The notes under the pieces are model-generated. The model was given only the letters and a program-made list of their open reading frames with translations, ran no database searches and was not told the DNA's origin. This document shows, piece by piece, positions 51,302-62,821 of a DNA stretch of 64,000 nt (within the stretch, counting starts at the first letter, position 1; every line of letters begins with the position of its first letter). The stretch is from Candidatus Neptunichlamydia sp. GTDB lineage: Bacteria; Chlamydiota; Chlamydiia; Chlamydiales; Simkaniaceae. A program made the translations under genes and the position numbers. The stretch is from assembly GCA_965233865.1 (NCBI GenBank), contig OZ247587.1:192001-256000 (forward strand), written 5' to 3'.

Positions 51302-51864
51302 TTCAATCTCTTTGGGTTTGATTCCCCGCAGCTTGCTGCGTAAAAGCTGAACAAGTATAGTTTTTTGGCATGAGTGAATATATTCATAAAAGTCATAATG
51401 TCTCAGTTTTGATGTACCACATAGTTTGTCCGGCCAAATACAGGAAAGCGGTATTTGACAAGAGTGTTGATGAAGAAATTAAGGTCATATGCCTTGAAAT
51501 TTCAAAGAGATATGAGATAAATTTTTTAGAGATCGGTGTTGATAAGGACCATGTTCACTTTCTGATACAATCAGTTCCGATGTATAGCCCCAAAAAAACT
51601 GTTCAGCTAATAAAAAGCATCACGGCAAAAGAGATTTTTTTGAGAAGGCCTGAAGTAAAGAAGATACTTTGGGGAGGGGAGTTTTGGAGTGATGGATATT
51701 TTATAAGTACCGTGGGGAAGCATGGGGACGAGGAGAAAATAGGAAACTACGTCAAAAACCAAGGAAAAAAAGACTATAAAAGGTTACATCAGCAACTGGA
51801 TTTTTGGAGCTAAGCAAAACCACCTGACAGATGCCCCGTAGCTCTGCTGCGGGGAGCCTTCACT
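51302..51864 (+). mobile_element. tnpA: IS200-type element, copy 2 (tnpA 51370-51813)
   Basis: Nearly identical to 18401-18963; one amino-acid difference (HGDEE vs HEDEE). Confidence 0.9.
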
Positions 51865-52187
51865 GCTAAAAAGGTCTCTACTTACTATGTAGGGTCGATA
51901 TCATCTTTTAATATTCAGATCTTTAGCGATCAGATTCAAAATCTTGGCGCTCTATATCTTGGAAGCTCTTTTATTCCCCATAAAATAAGGGCTCCTTTGG
52001 TGGCGATTAACTATCAAGGAGAATGGGGGGGGGGAGAAAATTTCTAATACCTTAGCACTAGAGATTAAGCAAAGATTTTAGTTTAAATGAACCTATCCTA
52101 AAATGGTAAAATATAAAATCTAATATTGACACTTGTGTTACTATTCTCTTAAGGTCAAAAACCAAGCAGAGTATTTTGTGACACTAT

Positions 52188-53066
52188 TTAGTTAGCGATT
52201 AACTTTAGAGTATGGTGACACTCAGAAGGAAGCATCTTAAGTGCTCTCTTCTTATATGTTGCAGCAATCTCTGCAGCCTTTTCCATTCCAAATAAAGTGA
52301 TGCAATTAGACTTCTCTTTTGCAATGTCGCTTTTTGCAGGCTTGCCAAGTGTGGAAGTGTCTGAGGTAACATCGAGAATATCATCTTGCATCTGGAAGGC
52401 AACTCCATAGAGTTCTCCACATTTTTTGAGCGCTTTCTGCTCCTTGAGAGGTGTCCCGCTAAGGAACGCGCCACATTCAAATGCGGCTGAAAAAAGAGCC
52501 GCTGTTTTTCCAAGATACATGAACTGAAGGATATTCCAATCAATCTTTTTTCTCTCAAAGAGAATATCAACAAGTTGGCCTCCAATCATTCCATGTCCTC
52601 CAGCAGCCTTTGCTATAATGGCGGTTATTTCTTGCGAGACTCCGCAGGTAGCAAGGATTTCAAAAGCATACGTAAGGAGGAAATCTCCTACAAGAATTGC
52701 CTGTCCCTCTCCATAGACTTTGTGAAGAGAGGGTTTGCCTCTGCGAAGGTCATCATCATCCATGCAAGGGAGATCATCATGAATCAATGAATAGGTATGG
52801 ATCATTTCAAGGGCGCATGCGACATCAAGCCCTCTTTCAATAGGAATGTTGTAATCTTTTAATATGCTTAAAAGCAGAAGGGGACGCAGTCGTTTTCCAG
52901 GAAGCATTAGGGAATAGTGTGCACCTTCGAAAAGAAGAAAATGTAGCCCTTCCCGCTTAGGGAGAAGCTCTTTGAGACGCTCGTTAATGCGCGTGTGTAG
53001 TATCGTGATCGAGTCTACTGTTGTCATACCGGTTGGCCTTTTTTGTACCGATGGAACAGAGCTCAT
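52188..53066 (-). CDS. ispA: Polyprenyl (FPP/GGPP) synthase
   Basis: GKRLRP, DDLPCMDDDDLRRG, GQ..D, KTA and FQMQDDILD. Confidence 0.9.
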   Translation of the reverse strand: MSSVPSVQKRPTGMTTVDSITILHTRINERLKELLPKREGLHFLLFEGAHYSLMLPGKRLRPLLLLSILKDYNIPIERGLDVACALEMIHTYSLIHDDLPCMDDDDLRRGKPSLHKVYGEGQAILVGDFLLTYAFEILATCGVSQEITAIIAKAAGGHGMIGGQLVDILFERKKIDWNILQFMYLGKTAALFSAAFECGAFLSGTPLKEQKALKKCGELYGVAFQMQDDILDVTSDTSTLGKPAKSDIAKEKSNCITLFGMEKAAEIAATYKKRALKMLPSECHHTLKLIAN

Positions 53067-54405
53067 TTAAAAGATCTTCCTGAGCTTCTGGAATTCCTAT
53101 AGCAAAGTATCGAAATCCCTTTGTTGCCATCTCTTTAGGGTGGTATTGATTTCTCCCATCGAAAAATGCATTTCCTCGCATTTTAGACAAAATTGTCTTT
53201 AAATTCACAAATCGAAATTGCTTCCACTCTGTTACAAGGACGATGGCATCGGCATTGTGCGCTGCTTGATATTCGCTTACACAAAAACGGATCTCTTCTT
53301 GATCTTCAAGGATCTTTTTTGCGTTCTCCATAGCAATGGGATCGTAGAGGCGGAGATTGGCACCTTTTTCGATCAATGAGTAGATGAGGGTGAGCGCTGG
53401 GGCATCTCGCATGTCATCAGTGTTAGGCTTAAAGGAAAGTCCCCATATTGCAATTGTTTTTCCTCTCACGCTATCTTTATTGGCAAAGTACTCAGAGACT
53501 TTTTTAGAGAGGCGGTTTTTCTGTTTTTCGTTGATTTCTTCAATGGCATTCAAAAGGGGAGTTTCGCAATTCAAATCTTGTGCTAAAGCTGCTAAGGACC
53601 GGACGTCTTTTGGAAAGCATGATCCTCCGTATCCTGCGCCAGCGTAAAGGAAGTGGTATCCAATGCGGTGGTCTCCACTCATCCCTTTTCGGACCGTATT
53701 GATGTTGGCCCCGACTTTTTCGCACATCCACGATAGCTCATTCATAAAGGAAATTCGCGTGGCAAGCATTGCATTTGAAGCGTATTTTGTGAGTTCTGCA
53801 GACTCGATATCCATCACCAGAATCCGGTTATGGTTGAAGGTAAATGAAGAGTACAAATGCTGCAAGATGAGGGTTGCTTTTTCGCTATCGCTTCCAATGA
53901 TAATGCGATCAGGTTTCATGCAGTTGTCAATAGCAGAGCCTTCTTTCAGGAATTCAGGGCATGATACTACATCAAAAGGAACTTTTTTCAAAAGATGACT
54001 TTCAATGAGTAATTTTAATCGCTTTACCGTTCCTACAGGGGCTGTTGATTTATTAACGATGACAGTATATTCCTGGAGGTTTTTTGCAATAGAAATCGCT
54101 GCAGCTTCAACCTGTGATAGATCTGCCCTTCCTTCCTTGCCTTCGGGAGTGCCTACTGCAATAAAGCAAGCCTCTGCACCTTTGACTGCTTCGTAGTTTA
54201 TTGAGAATACAAGGCGTTTTTCTTTTTGATTACGCTCGACCAGTTCCTTGAGTCCTGGCTCAAAAAAAGGGATTGTCCCTTTCTTTAGCTTTTCAATTTT
54301 GTTTTTATCGATATCAATACACGTGACATTGTGCCCCATTTCAGCAAAACAGGTTCCCGTGACAAGGCCCACATAGCCTACACCAACAACAATAATTTTA
54401 GTCAT
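52984..54405 (-). CDS. ugd: UDP-glucose 6-dehydrogenase
   Basis: GVGYVGL, KST.P.G, PEFLKEG, GYGGSCFPKD and FKPNTDD.R. Confidence 0.95.
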   Translation of the reverse strand: MTKIIVVGVGYVGLVTGTCFAEMGHNVTCIDIDKNKIEKLKKGTIPFFEPGLKELVERNQKEKRLVFSINYEAVKGAEACFIAVGTPEGKEGRADLSQVEAAAISIAKNLQEYTVIVNKSTAPVGTVKRLKLLIESHLLKKVPFDVVSCPEFLKEGSAIDNCMKPDRIIIGSDSEKATLILQHLYSSFTFNHNRILVMDIESAELTKYASNAMLATRISFMNELSWMCEKVGANINTVRKGMSGDHRIGYHFLYAGAGYGGSCFPKDVRSLAALAQDLNCETPLLNAIEEINEKQKNRLSKKVSEYFANKDSVRGKTIAIWGLSFKPNTDDMRDAPALTLIYSLIEKGANLRLYDPIAMENAKKILEDQEEIRFCVSEYQAAHNADAIVLVTEWKQFRFVNLKTILSKMRGNAFFDGRNQYHPKEMATKGFRYFAIGIPEAQEDLLNELCSIGTKKANRYDNSRLDHDTTHAH

Positions 54406-55069
54406 GAGGTGATTCCGTTAACTCTAATACTCCACTCTGCAGAGTATAGATAAAGTCGCACTGCTTTGCAAGAGCATGATTATGGGTGACGATAATGAGG
54501 CCTTTTCCAAGGCTTTTTGCTTTAGAGATTAAAATGTCATGGATACGATCAGAATTGGCATTATCGAGATTTCCAGAAGGTTCATCTGCAAGAATTAAAT
54601 CGGGGTTATTGCAAAGAGCTCGCGCAATGGCGGCTCGCTGCTTTTCCCCGCCCGATAGTTGCTTTGCTAGGTGGTGAAGATGAGATTCTAGACCCACTTC
54701 CAAAAGCAAGCGCTTTGCTTCCTTCTCTTTACCCCCTAATCGTCCGATGCGGTTTGGCATCAAGACATTTTCTAAAACTGAATATTCATCGAGAAGGTTG
54801 TAATTTTGAAAGACAAATCCAATATGCTGATTACGAAGCAAAATTCCCTGCTCTCCAAGGGCATTTCGCCCTGCGATTTCAAGGCTACCCCCGCTTGGCT
54901 GATCAAGCGTCCCTAAGATGTGCAGTAAAGTACTTTTTCCTACACCGGAAGGTCCCATTATTGCTACAGTTTCACCAGGGTTAACCGTGAGAGAAACCTC
55001 TTCCAAAATGTTGCACTTTGAGGGATGAAAAAAGGATTTTTTTAAACCTTTTGCGACCAGGACTGCCAT
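54398..55069 (-). CDS. lolD: Lipoprotein-release ABC ATPase
   Basis: [17 protein letters not shown] and DEPSGNLD; downstream of the LolE-type permease. Confidence 0.88.
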   Translation of the reverse strand: MAVLVAKGLKKSFFHPSKCNILEEVSLTVNPGETVAIMGPSGVGKSTLLHILGTLDQPSGGSLEIAGRNALGEQGILLRNQHIGFVFQNYNLLDEYSVLENVLMPNRIGRLGGKEKEAKRLLLEVGLESHLHHLAKQLSGGEKQRAAIARALCNNPDLILADEPSGNLDNANSDRIHDILISKAKSLGKGLIIVTHNHALAKQCDFIYTLQSGVLELTESPHD

Positions 55070-57138
55070 TATTCGGACCTCAGAATTTGTGAAGGATGGA
55101 GTTTGGTTGCCTTGACTGCAGGAACGAGCCCAGCAAGTAGTGAAATGATCGGTGTGGCGATTAGAATAAAAATCAGCGCGTGGTTACTTAATTGGTTTGG
55201 CAGAGATTTTCCATAGAAGACTACATTGAATGCATCATGTCCCTGTAAGAAGCTTAGGAAGCTGACGACGCTATCAATATTATGGAGAGTGAGAATCGCA
55301 GCTCCCGTTCCAATTAGCGTACTGAGCGTTCCCATGATTCCACCGCACAGGGTAAAAATGAGGGCGATACTTTTTTTAGATGCTCCCATGGCGCTTAAGA
55401 TCGCAATCTCTCTCTTTTTATCATTTACCAAAATAACAAGAAGAGAAATAATGTTACTGCAGGCAACAATAAGGACAATCCCTCCAATCAAGGTAAAGAG
55501 GTACTTATCACTTTGAAATTGTTGCAAAAGATCCTTAGCAAAGTCATACTCATGAAAGGTCGTAACATTCCAATAAGAGGAAAGCCCCTCTTTTTGAAAG
55601 GCAGCGTCTAGCTTTTCTTTGACCTCGCTAGCGCTTCCTAAATCTTCTAAGTAGACTTGAATACCATTCACCATATTGGGGTCAAAGATAGACTGAGAGG
55701 CGGCATTGATTGCATGAACAAGCTCAGGCTGTGCCAAGATGACCTTGGCGCCAATTGCCATCACGCCGGGGTCGTAAAAACCAACAATTCGGACGGGGAG
55801 GCGTTGTTCTTGCACTGAGCTGCTAGTTGCAGCTCCATATGAGAAATAGCCCACATCCCCCAGTTCCACCTTACTATTTTGAAAGTGTTTAGGGAGAACA
55901 ACAGCAGGAGTGTCTCCATCAGGTAAGTATGCTTCATCCCCAATAAAATAGGGCCATGGAGGCATGACTCGTGGGGTATTTTCAAAGTGGCTTACAATGT
56001 TTGCATGCTCCACTTCGATTCCTTCCCAGGGGATTTGTCCCGAAATTTTTCGTCCTTGAAGGAATGCCTTTACATGAAAGCGGAAGTCGCTTAGAGATTT
56101 AACTCCTTTTTTTTCATAGGGAGAGAGAGTTGCTTCCATTGACATCCTTCCCTCAATATAAAGAGGAACAGAAAAACTAACTGTATGGCTGCTTCCATCC
56201 CTTCCTACATAATGGAGGCGTCCCTGACTCTTTTTGATTTTTCCACTTCCCTCTTTCGGTCTTACAGGAAAGACAATTTGGCTAATCATTCCATTTTTTA
56301 TTGGAGCATAGACATCGAATTCTTCCTCTTCGGGTAGTAGCGTTGCGAGGGCTTGCCATCGGTGGGAAGTTGTTTTCATCCCCTGAATTTCCAAGTTGGA
56401 TAGCAGAGATTCTAGTCGGGATTGAAACTCAGAAATTGAAACTTGCTCGACTTCTTCAGGAGTATCTTCACTGACTCCATTCATCGAGACATCAGCTAAG
56501 AAAAAGAGGTGGTTGAGATCTTCCATGCGAGGCGTCTCAATAAGAGTTGGAAGAAGGGGGTTTCTGCCGCTGAAGGAGGAGATGTATGAAACCTGAGTTA
56601 AGTAACCTTGCCCCCGCTCTTGGGATTGTGAAAACAGAATCCCTTGTGGACGGACCATACGAAGCTTTAGGACGGCCCCTGACACCTCATAATCCTGAGC
56701 AGTAAGCTGAAGGTTATCAATGATCCCGAAGGCTCCCTTCACCAGATCTTTTGGAGAACCATTTTCGTTGCTGAGTTTTTCAGGCCAGCGGCGAGGGATA
56801 GCTTGATCTTCATCGGGAGCATAAGGGTCCGTAAGGAGCGTTGAGGCTTTTTCTCTAATACTCTTGTAGCGGTAATCGGAAGCGTTGCTAATACTGTCAA
56901 CTTGATAGTAATAGGAGTGGTAATATTCTTCTGTAGGGGTGATTCGGATCGGAGCATTAAGGGAGGTGAGCTTTTTTAGCCAATTCTTTTCGATCCCATC
57001 CGTAACAGACAGGAAAACAAGAACGAGCCAAACAACGAGAGAGATTACCCCAACAGACATTAGGGCAATTAGGGACATCGATAATTGCCGCTTCCTTGGG
57101 ATGAGGTATTTGCGAGCAATCGAAAATTCAAATATCAC
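55069..57138 (-). CDS. lolE: LolC/E-type ABC permease (chlamydial large form)
   Basis: IARKYL N-terminus and FtsX C-terminus (DK.REIAIL.AMGAS; P..IL R.E). Confidence 0.85.
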   Translation of the reverse strand: MIFEFSIARKYLIPRKRQLSMSLIALMSVGVISLVVWLVLVFLSVTDGIEKNWLKKLTSLNAPIRITPTEEYYHSYYYQVDSISNASDYRYKSIREKASTLLTDPYAPDEDQAIPRRWPEKLSNENGSPKDLVKGAFGIIDNLQLTAQDYEVSGAVLKLRMVRPQGILFSQSQERGQGYLTQVSYISSFSGRNPLLPTLIETPRMEDLNHLFFLADVSMNGVSEDTPEEVEQVSISEFQSRLESLLSNLEIQGMKTTSHRWQALATLLPEEEEFDVYAPIKNGMISQIVFPVRPKEGSGKIKKSQGRLHYVGRDGSSHTVSFSVPLYIEGRMSMEATLSPYEKKGVKSLSDFRFHVKAFLQGRKISGQIPWEGIEVEHANIVSHFENTPRVMPPWPYFIGDEAYLPDGDTPAVVLPKHFQNSKVELGDVGYFSYGAATSSSVQEQRLPVRIVGFYDPGVMAIGAKVILAQPELVHAINAASQSIFDPNMVNGIQVYLEDLGSASEVKEKLDAAFQKEGLSSYWNVTTFHEYDFAKDLLQQFQSDKYLFTLIGGIVLIVACSNIISLLVILVNDKKREIAILSAMGASKKSIALIFTLCGGIMGTLSTLIGTGAAILTLHNIDSVVSFLSFLQGHDAFNVVFYGKSLPNQLSNHALIFILIATPIISLLAGLVPAVKATKLHPSQILRSE

Positions 57139-57296
57139 TTGGCTTCTTTAAAAACGACGTGGCGTCTGAGGTTTTTATCGTACTTTTTTAGCTCAATTCT
57201 ATCAGGCGTATTGCGCTTATTCTTAAAAGTCCAATAGGTTTCAGCACTCTCCGTGCTCTTAAGTCGAATCTTTTCGCGTGCGCCTTTCTTTGCCAT
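57135..57296 (-). CDS. rpmG: 50S ribosomal protein L33
   Basis: [53 protein letters not shown] (not in the ORF track). Confidence 0.95.
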   Translation of the reverse strand: MAKKGAREKIRLKSTESAETYWTFKNKRNTPDRIELKKYDKNLRRHVVFKEAK

Positions 57297-57368
57297 AGTT
57301 CAAATTCCTTTGTTCCCAACAATCCTAACCGATCTTACGAAAAAAGTCTAGCCTAGATATTTTAGATT

Positions 57369-58358
57369 TTATGAAATATTCAGGCGAGGATAAGCATGCA
57401 CTTCATTAGAAAAATTTTTCCTTTGATAGAGGTGGAAGCCAAGTCCTGCAATCATTGCGCCATTATCAACACTCAGTCCCTCTCCGGGATAAAACACAGG
57501 ATAAGGAGATTTTTCAAATAGCTCACGGAGCCTTTGGTTTTGAGTAACCCCTCCACCACAGTATATCGCTTGACAATCGAAGGTGATGGCAGCTTTTAAA
57601 GCTTTATTCACAATGTCTTCAAGAGCCGCGTCTTGAAAGCTTGCTGCAATGTGTTTTTTCTCTTCATCGGCGATTATCGAGGGAGCCCTTTTGTCACAAT
57701 TTGCTCCTTTTAGCGTGTATAGGACATTTGTTTTGAGGCCACTAAAAGAAAAATATATAGGGCGGCCTTTGACCTGACCTGCTCGAAAGGGGTACTTATC
57801 TGCGTCTCCATGCAAAGCAAGTTTTTCAATATGGGGTCCTCCAGGGTAGGGGAATCCTAAGAGCGCTGCGACTTTATCAAATGCTTCACCGACGGCATCA
57901 TCTACCGTAGTTCCTAGAATCTCGTAATCGCAGATGCTTGTCATTTTTGCTAGGAATGTATGCCCTCCAGAGGCAACGATTCCCAAGGCGGGGAAACGGG
58001 GTTCTTCGTCCATCATAGCAGAGTAAAGATGAGCTTCGACATGGTTTACCCCAACAAGGGGTTTACTCCACCCGTAGGCCAAAGTTTTAGCTCCGACAAC
58101 GCCCATAAGAAGAGCCCCCATTAGTCCGGGTCCATTTGCCACGGCAATCAAATCGATCTCGTGACCTTCAACTGCCTGTTCCACTAAAGGAATCAATTGG
58201 TCAATATGGTGGCGGGAAGCAACTTCTGGATAGACTCCACCAAACTGCTGATGAACCTTTGCTTGTGAGGCAATGAGGTTAATTAAAATATTCACTCCAT
58301 CTTCGACAATAGCCACAGCTGTTTCGTCGCAAGATGTTTCAATTCCAAGGATTTTCAT
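57369..58358 (-). CDS. tsaD: tRNA t6A biosynthesis protein TsaD
   Basis: LGIETSCDET, HVEAH, SGGHT, DDA.GEAFDK, FSFSGLKT and DNGAMIA. Confidence 0.96.
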   Translation of the reverse strand: MKILGIETSCDETAVAIVEDGVNILINLIASQAKVHQQFGGVYPEVASRHHIDQLIPLVEQAVEGHEIDLIAVANGPGLMGALLMGVVGAKTLAYGWSKPLVGVNHVEAHLYSAMMDEEPRFPALGIVASGGHTFLAKMTSICDYEILGTTVDDAVGEAFDKVAALLGFPYPGGPHIEKLALHGDADKYPFRAGQVKGRPIYFSFSGLKTNVLYTLKGANCDKRAPSIIADEEKKHIAASFQDAALEDIVNKALKAAITFDCQAIYCGGGVTQNQRLRELFEKSPYPVFYPGEGLSVDNGAMIAGLGFHLYQRKNFSNEVHAYPRLNIS

Positions 58359-58453
58359 AGGTAAAAGTATATCAAATTCCTAGTTTTTTTACTTGTGAAA
58401 TATCTCATTAAAAATGAAATAATCCTCCGCAATTCAAAATTTAGGAGTTACAG

Positions 58454-59443
58454 ATGTCTGAAATAGATTTTGCCCTTTTGGGCCCTTCAGGTGAACATTT
58501 TGCAGAGTGGGATTATGACCGGCAATGCGAAGATGAAATTACGTTTGCGCCAAGTCAACCTTCATTCATTGAACAAAAGAACTTTGTTCAGCATCCTTTA
58601 AACCAACGGATTACGTATAATGTAAATGAGAAGTTTACATTTTCTCTTGTTGACAATTTGATTCAAGTAAAAAATTTTTCAAAATCTTTTAGAGAAGTGA
58701 AGGCAGACTTTTAGCAGTCAAAGCGATTGACGACTGGTCTAACAACGCCTGTAGGGACGCCTACTTTAGGAGCATTAGCAGCAGCTGGCGGACTTTTTCC
58801 CCTTGCATCTGGAGCTTTAGGAATCGGCACTGTTGCTCTTTTTATTTTTGGAGCATACCGAACCTATCAAACGCATAAACAGGTGGGGCTTTGGCAGAAA
58901 AATCTTCCTGAATCTATAGCAACGCAGAGAAAAGAAGCGTTCGATACAGGTCTTCTTTCGATTTATATCAAAGACGATCTAGGGGCAAAATCTCAGCCGG
59001 CCCTCTTCTCAAAGGTTTTAAGCACTGTTGAGCTCAATGGACTTTACCTTGAATATTTTGATGCAATGCAAAAGGAAATGGCGGGTGCCCACAGCGCAAA
59101 GGGAAAAATTGCTCTTCTTGAGTCTGCGGCAAAATATAGCCCTCTTGGCGAGAAAATGATGAATTTTGTGAGACTTCACCCTCATTATGGAGTCTCTCTT
59201 ACCCTCTACCATCAAGAGCATGCTAAATTCGTAAAGACCTTTAATATGGTTGAAAACATGGTGAGCGATAAAATTGAGGATGTGAAGCAAAAAGCTCAAG
59301 AGAACATTGATTCTGTTTCTCAAAGTAAGCAGCCAGCTCTTGCTGTGGCCTATACAACTTATACTCTGTATAAGAGAAATGCTGAGTCAAAGCTAGCCCT
59401 TAGGAGCTCAGTACGATCACTATCGACAAGTAGCTCAAAATGA
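58454..59443 (+). pseudogene. Membrane protein split by an in-frame amber codon (58712-58714)
   Basis: ORFs 58454..58714 and 58727..59443 share a frame; AGGAG RBS only before the first; long hydrophobic stretch. Confidence 0.6.
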
Positions 59444-59808
59444 GTACCGAACAACCATTGAGCAAGCGCAGTCGATTCGTGATACTTCGGTGCGCCTTAT
59501 CTCATTGCCAAAGAGAAGCCTGGCCAAAAGAAAAAAACAGATCAATAGATCCCGCAACATTGACGGGTGAAGACCTGCACAAAATCCGGCTAGAAATGAA
59601 CCTAACCGTTAAGGAGTTTGCTGAAGCCATAGGAGTAACGCCGGCCTCTATTTATCGGTGGGAGCAAATAGAAGGAATTCTAAAGCTACGGAAGCACTCC
59701 TTCAAAGCTATCCTAGCAATTCTAGAAAAAGAGTGGCAATGTGAGTTAGTCTCCCTTACTCCTTATTATCAAACAGTTAAGGTAGCCCATAAAGTACGTT
59801 TGACGTAA
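59440..59808 (+). CDS. XRE-family HTH protein
   Basis: LTGEDL.KIR..MNLT.KEFAEAIGVTPASIYRWE. Confidence 0.7.
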   Translation: MSTEQPLSKRSRFVILRCALSHCQREAWPKEKNRSIDPATLTGEDLHKIRLEMNLTVKEFAEAIGVTPASIYRWEQIEGILKLRKHSFKAILAILEKEWQCELVSLTPYYQTVKVAHKVRLT

Positions 59809-59828
59809 TGCATAATAAATGTTAAGAT
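59795..59828 (+). promoter_or_regulatory. higBA promoter with palindromic operator
   Basis: TTGACG-17 nt-TAAGAT; TACGT-TTG-ACGTA palindrome overlaps the -35. Confidence 0.65.
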
Positions 59829-59834
59829 TAAGGA

Positions 59835-60113
59835 ATGATTCGATCATTCAATGATAAGAACGCAAAAGCTCTGTATGAAGGTAAACCTGTAAAGAAATGG
59901 AAGTCTTTTGCTCGACAGGTAGAAAAGCGGCTTCTTATTCTAGATATGGCAACATCATTGAATGACTTAAAAAATCTGCCCAGTAATAGATTCGAACTTT
60001 TAAAGGGGGATCGAAGGGGGCAATATGGTATTCGAATCAATAGGCAATGGAGGATTTGTTTCCGTTGGACAGAAGGAGAACCACATGATGTGGAAATTAT
60101 AGATTATCATTAG
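59835..60113 (+). CDS. higB: HigB (RelE/ParE family) toxin
   Basis: MIRSF.DK...L..LPSNR.E.LKGDR.GQY.IRIN.QWRICF.W...DVEIIDYH. Confidence 0.92.
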   Translation: MIRSFNDKNAKALYEGKPVKKWKSFARQVEKRLLILDMATSLNDLKNLPSNRFELLKGDRRGQYGIRINRQWRICFRWTEGEPHDVEIIDYH

Positions 60114-60128
60114 GAGAGAGGTATTAAA

Positions 60129-60428
60129 ATGCCAAATAAAATGAAACCAATACATCCAGGAGAGATTCTTGAAGGGGAGCTTGAAGAAACTAATTTATCT
60201 GCTAGCGCTTTAGCTAAATATCTTTCTGTTCCTCCTAATAGAATCTATTCTATAATTAATAAGCAAAGATCTATTACAGCTGACACTGCTCTACGCCTTG
60301 CAAAATTTTTTGGGACTTCTCCAGAGTTCTGGCTAAATCTGCAATCTGATTTTGATTTAAAAACGGCTATCAAGAAAAGCGGGGAAAAAATCGAAAAGGA
60401 AGTTATTTCCTCTAGTAAAGTGGCCTGA
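60129..60428 (+). CDS. higA: HigA antitoxin
   Basis: PIHPGEIL, RSITADTALRL..FFGTSPEFWLNLQ. Confidence 0.92.
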   Translation: MPNKMKPIHPGEILEGELEETNLSASALAKYLSVPPNRIYSIINKQRSITADTALRLAKFFGTSPEFWLNLQSDFDLKTAIKKSGEKIEKEVISSSKVA

Positions 60429-60597
60429 ACCTAAGACTCAGCTAATGACATATCCTTGCTTTTAGTCTCTTTCTTCTTTTCGTAAAGCGCCAATATAGCT
60501 TCACAGGCAATTGTCGGAGGAAACATTTTAACTGATTTTGAAAAATGTGCACTGTTTAGATTGAGATCGTTCTTACCCCCGCGACGCTACCAGTGCT

Positions 60598-60714
60598 TAT
60601 GAAAGCCTTAAAGAACTAAAAAAGGGACTAGAGGCGTATTTTGAGTTTTATAATGGACAGCGCCGTCACCAGAGTTTGGGATATCAGACGCCGTCAGAGA
60701 TCTATTATGGAACA
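60598..60714 (+). mobile_element. IS3 orfB 3' scrap
   Basis: Near-identical to 25751-25868. Confidence 0.85.
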
Positions 60715-61279
60715 GAGGTATAACCGAATGTTGTGTCTGGGAATAAATGAGCGTATCTTTGGAAAGTTGAATAAATTTTCCATAAATAAGGAGATACGCT
60801 CATGGAAAAGTATGATAAATTACCAGGATTTCAGCAAGGTTTAGAAGAGGTAGTGCGAGAAGGAGCGCGAAAAATGCTTCACCAAGCGATTGAAAATGAA
60901 GTAGAAGAGTTTATAAAACAATGCAGTAATTCAAAAGATGAAAATGGCCATATAACTGTGAAGAGGAACGGCTACCTTCTAGAAAGAGAAATCCAAACTG
61001 GAGTAAGTGCCATAAAAGTCAAGAAGCCTCGGGTTAAAGGAGAAGAGTTCACAAGCGCGATCTTGCCAAAATATATGAGGAGGGCCCTAAGCATTGATGC
61101 TCTCATTCCAGCCCTTTATCTCAAGGGCATTTCTACAGGGAATATGAGTGAAGATTTGGTAGCGATATTGGGAGATCACGCCAAAGGATTATCAGCAACA
61201 AACGTTGGTGGCAAGACCGAGATCTATCGAGTAAAGAGTATATTTACTTTTGGGCTGATGGGATTTATTTCAATGTCAG
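60715..61279 (+). mobile_element. IS256 left end and truncated, internally deleted transposase
   Basis: E.EVEEF...RNGY..R.IQTG, S.ILP.Y.RR and LYLKGIST; shifted frame continues EYIYFWADGIYFNVR. Confidence 0.85.
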
Positions 61280-61653
61280 GTATTCTTCTCGCCGATTTTG
61301 GTAACAACTTTCACTACATGATTAAGATCTAATAGACTTCCATGATCTGCATAATTTAATGCATACTTTTTATCCGTGTCTAATGTTTTAATTTCGGTTC
61401 CATCCGACAGCTTACCGCTATCTAACGCATATAAAACATTAAAAGAATGTTCATTAACAAAATCGGATCCCTCTAAATTTTTACCAGAAATTAGTTTCTC
61501 GCTATTATTGGGATTATATTTGTTCGGAGCTATAAGTAGCTGACCAAGATTTGCTATCTTCTCGTCAGTTTGGTTGATTGTTAGGGCGTCCTCTTGTTCT
61601 TCAAAATCATAGCTGGGATTAAATTTTGATTGGACATTATCTAATTTATTCAT
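61276..61653 (-). CDS. Hypothetical protein, possibly 3'-truncated
   Basis: AT-rich ORF ending at the IS256 junction. Confidence 0.45.
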   Translation of the reverse strand: MNKLDNVQSKFNPSYDFEEQEDALTINQTDEKIANLGQLLIAPNKYNPNNSEKLISGKNLEGSDFVNEHSFNVLYALDSGKLSDGTEIKTLDTDKKYALNYADHGSLLDLNHVVKVVTKIGEKNT

Positions 61654-61692
61654 AATAATTCTTATTATAATTTTTAAATTTTTGGGTTTTTT

Positions 61693-62478
61693 ATGTTAAG
61701 TATTAACTTTAATTATAACAAAAACGGAATTAATAATCAGTTAATTGGGTTTGATTTAAAAGAAATAGACCCATATACACAATCTTCTTTTGAAACACTT
61801 ATTAATCAAAGCTTTACAGAAGATTATGTTCATAACCATCAGATAATAAACCCAATGACTCGACAAGAAATAAAAGATTTCCATATATATGTTATTTCTT
61901 CAGAAGAATCTGATTTTAAGTTGTATATGAATAAAGACTCCATTATGCAACCGCCCAATCATCTACCTTTATTTTGGAACAACCCCAACAGATCAGTAGA
62001 ATCAAGAGTTTATTTTTTATTAGAATACGGTAAACACTTAGAAAATAGTCAGATTGAGTTGTCCATTAATGCTTACGAAATCGCCTCTAGCCTTGGCAGC
62101 ATTACAGCAAAACTACGGCTATCCCGTATATATGGGCAGAGAGGGAATAAAGATCTAACTATTAAATGGCTAAAATCAAGTATTGATTCTGAAGATATCA
62201 GTGTTGGTAATGCTTTTTGCTGTGGAAAACAGTTTGAAATGTGCGAAAGAATCGATTTAGCTTTAGAAGCTTATACTCTTTCTGCAGAAAAAGGTAGTCT
62301 AGTGGGTCTTGCGGAATTAATTAAGATTTCAGAGCAAATGCAAAACACTGATAACAGAGTCCAAATAGAAAAATGGCGGCAAAAACTCCCTGAAACATGG
62401 AGAGAAGCACTCATAGAAGATTTTTTCAAACACCTTAAAGAAATCAACTATGACTACAAACGTACTGGATATCCATGA
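61693..62478 (+). CDS. Sel1-like repeat protein
   Basis: AYEIASSLGS..AK..L, IKWLKSS and AY.LSAEKGS repeats. Confidence 0.65.
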   Translation: MLSINFNYNKNGINNQLIGFDLKEIDPYTQSSFETLINQSFTEDYVHNHQIINPMTRQEIKDFHIYVISSEESDFKLYMNKDSIMQPPNHLPLFWNNPNRSVESRVYFLLEYGKHLENSQIELSINAYEIASSLGSITAKLRLSRIYGQRGNKDLTIKWLKSSIDSEDISVGNAFCCGKQFEMCERIDLALEAYTLSAEKGSLVGLAELIKISEQMQNTDNRVQIEKWRQKLPETWREALIEDFFKHLKEINYDYKRTGYP

Positions 62479-62821
62479 GATCCTAGAAAGAGATTAGAAG
62501 AGTCTTAATAGGACATTCATTATCCTTGATGTAAGAAATCAGGGATTACGTAAATTTTCTATAAGGGAATAGAAGTAATATTCGCAAGTATTTCATAAAC
62601 AGTTAAGTGACTCAATTCCTAGCATCTCTCCTAATAGCAAGCCGTGGAAAAAAATGTACGTTCTAATATCCACTTGTGATATACTATCTTTTCATTTATT
62701 TACTGAATCACGGAGGTTTAATCATGTCAATGATAAGTCGATTGGTATCTAGTTTTTCAAGCTCTTTATATTTTACTTCAGCAATTAAAACCATTAATCC
62801 ACACCACTTATCAAAAATAAG

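Noticed and set aside
51047..51343. 98-aa ORF
   Set aside because: No recognisable RBS or domain, and it runs into the IS200 left end; probably a decayed fragment
52984..53066. ugd/ispA overlap as a functional overlapping-gene system
   Set aside because: Explainable by a non-conserved ugd tail and an uncertain ispA start (53027 is possible)
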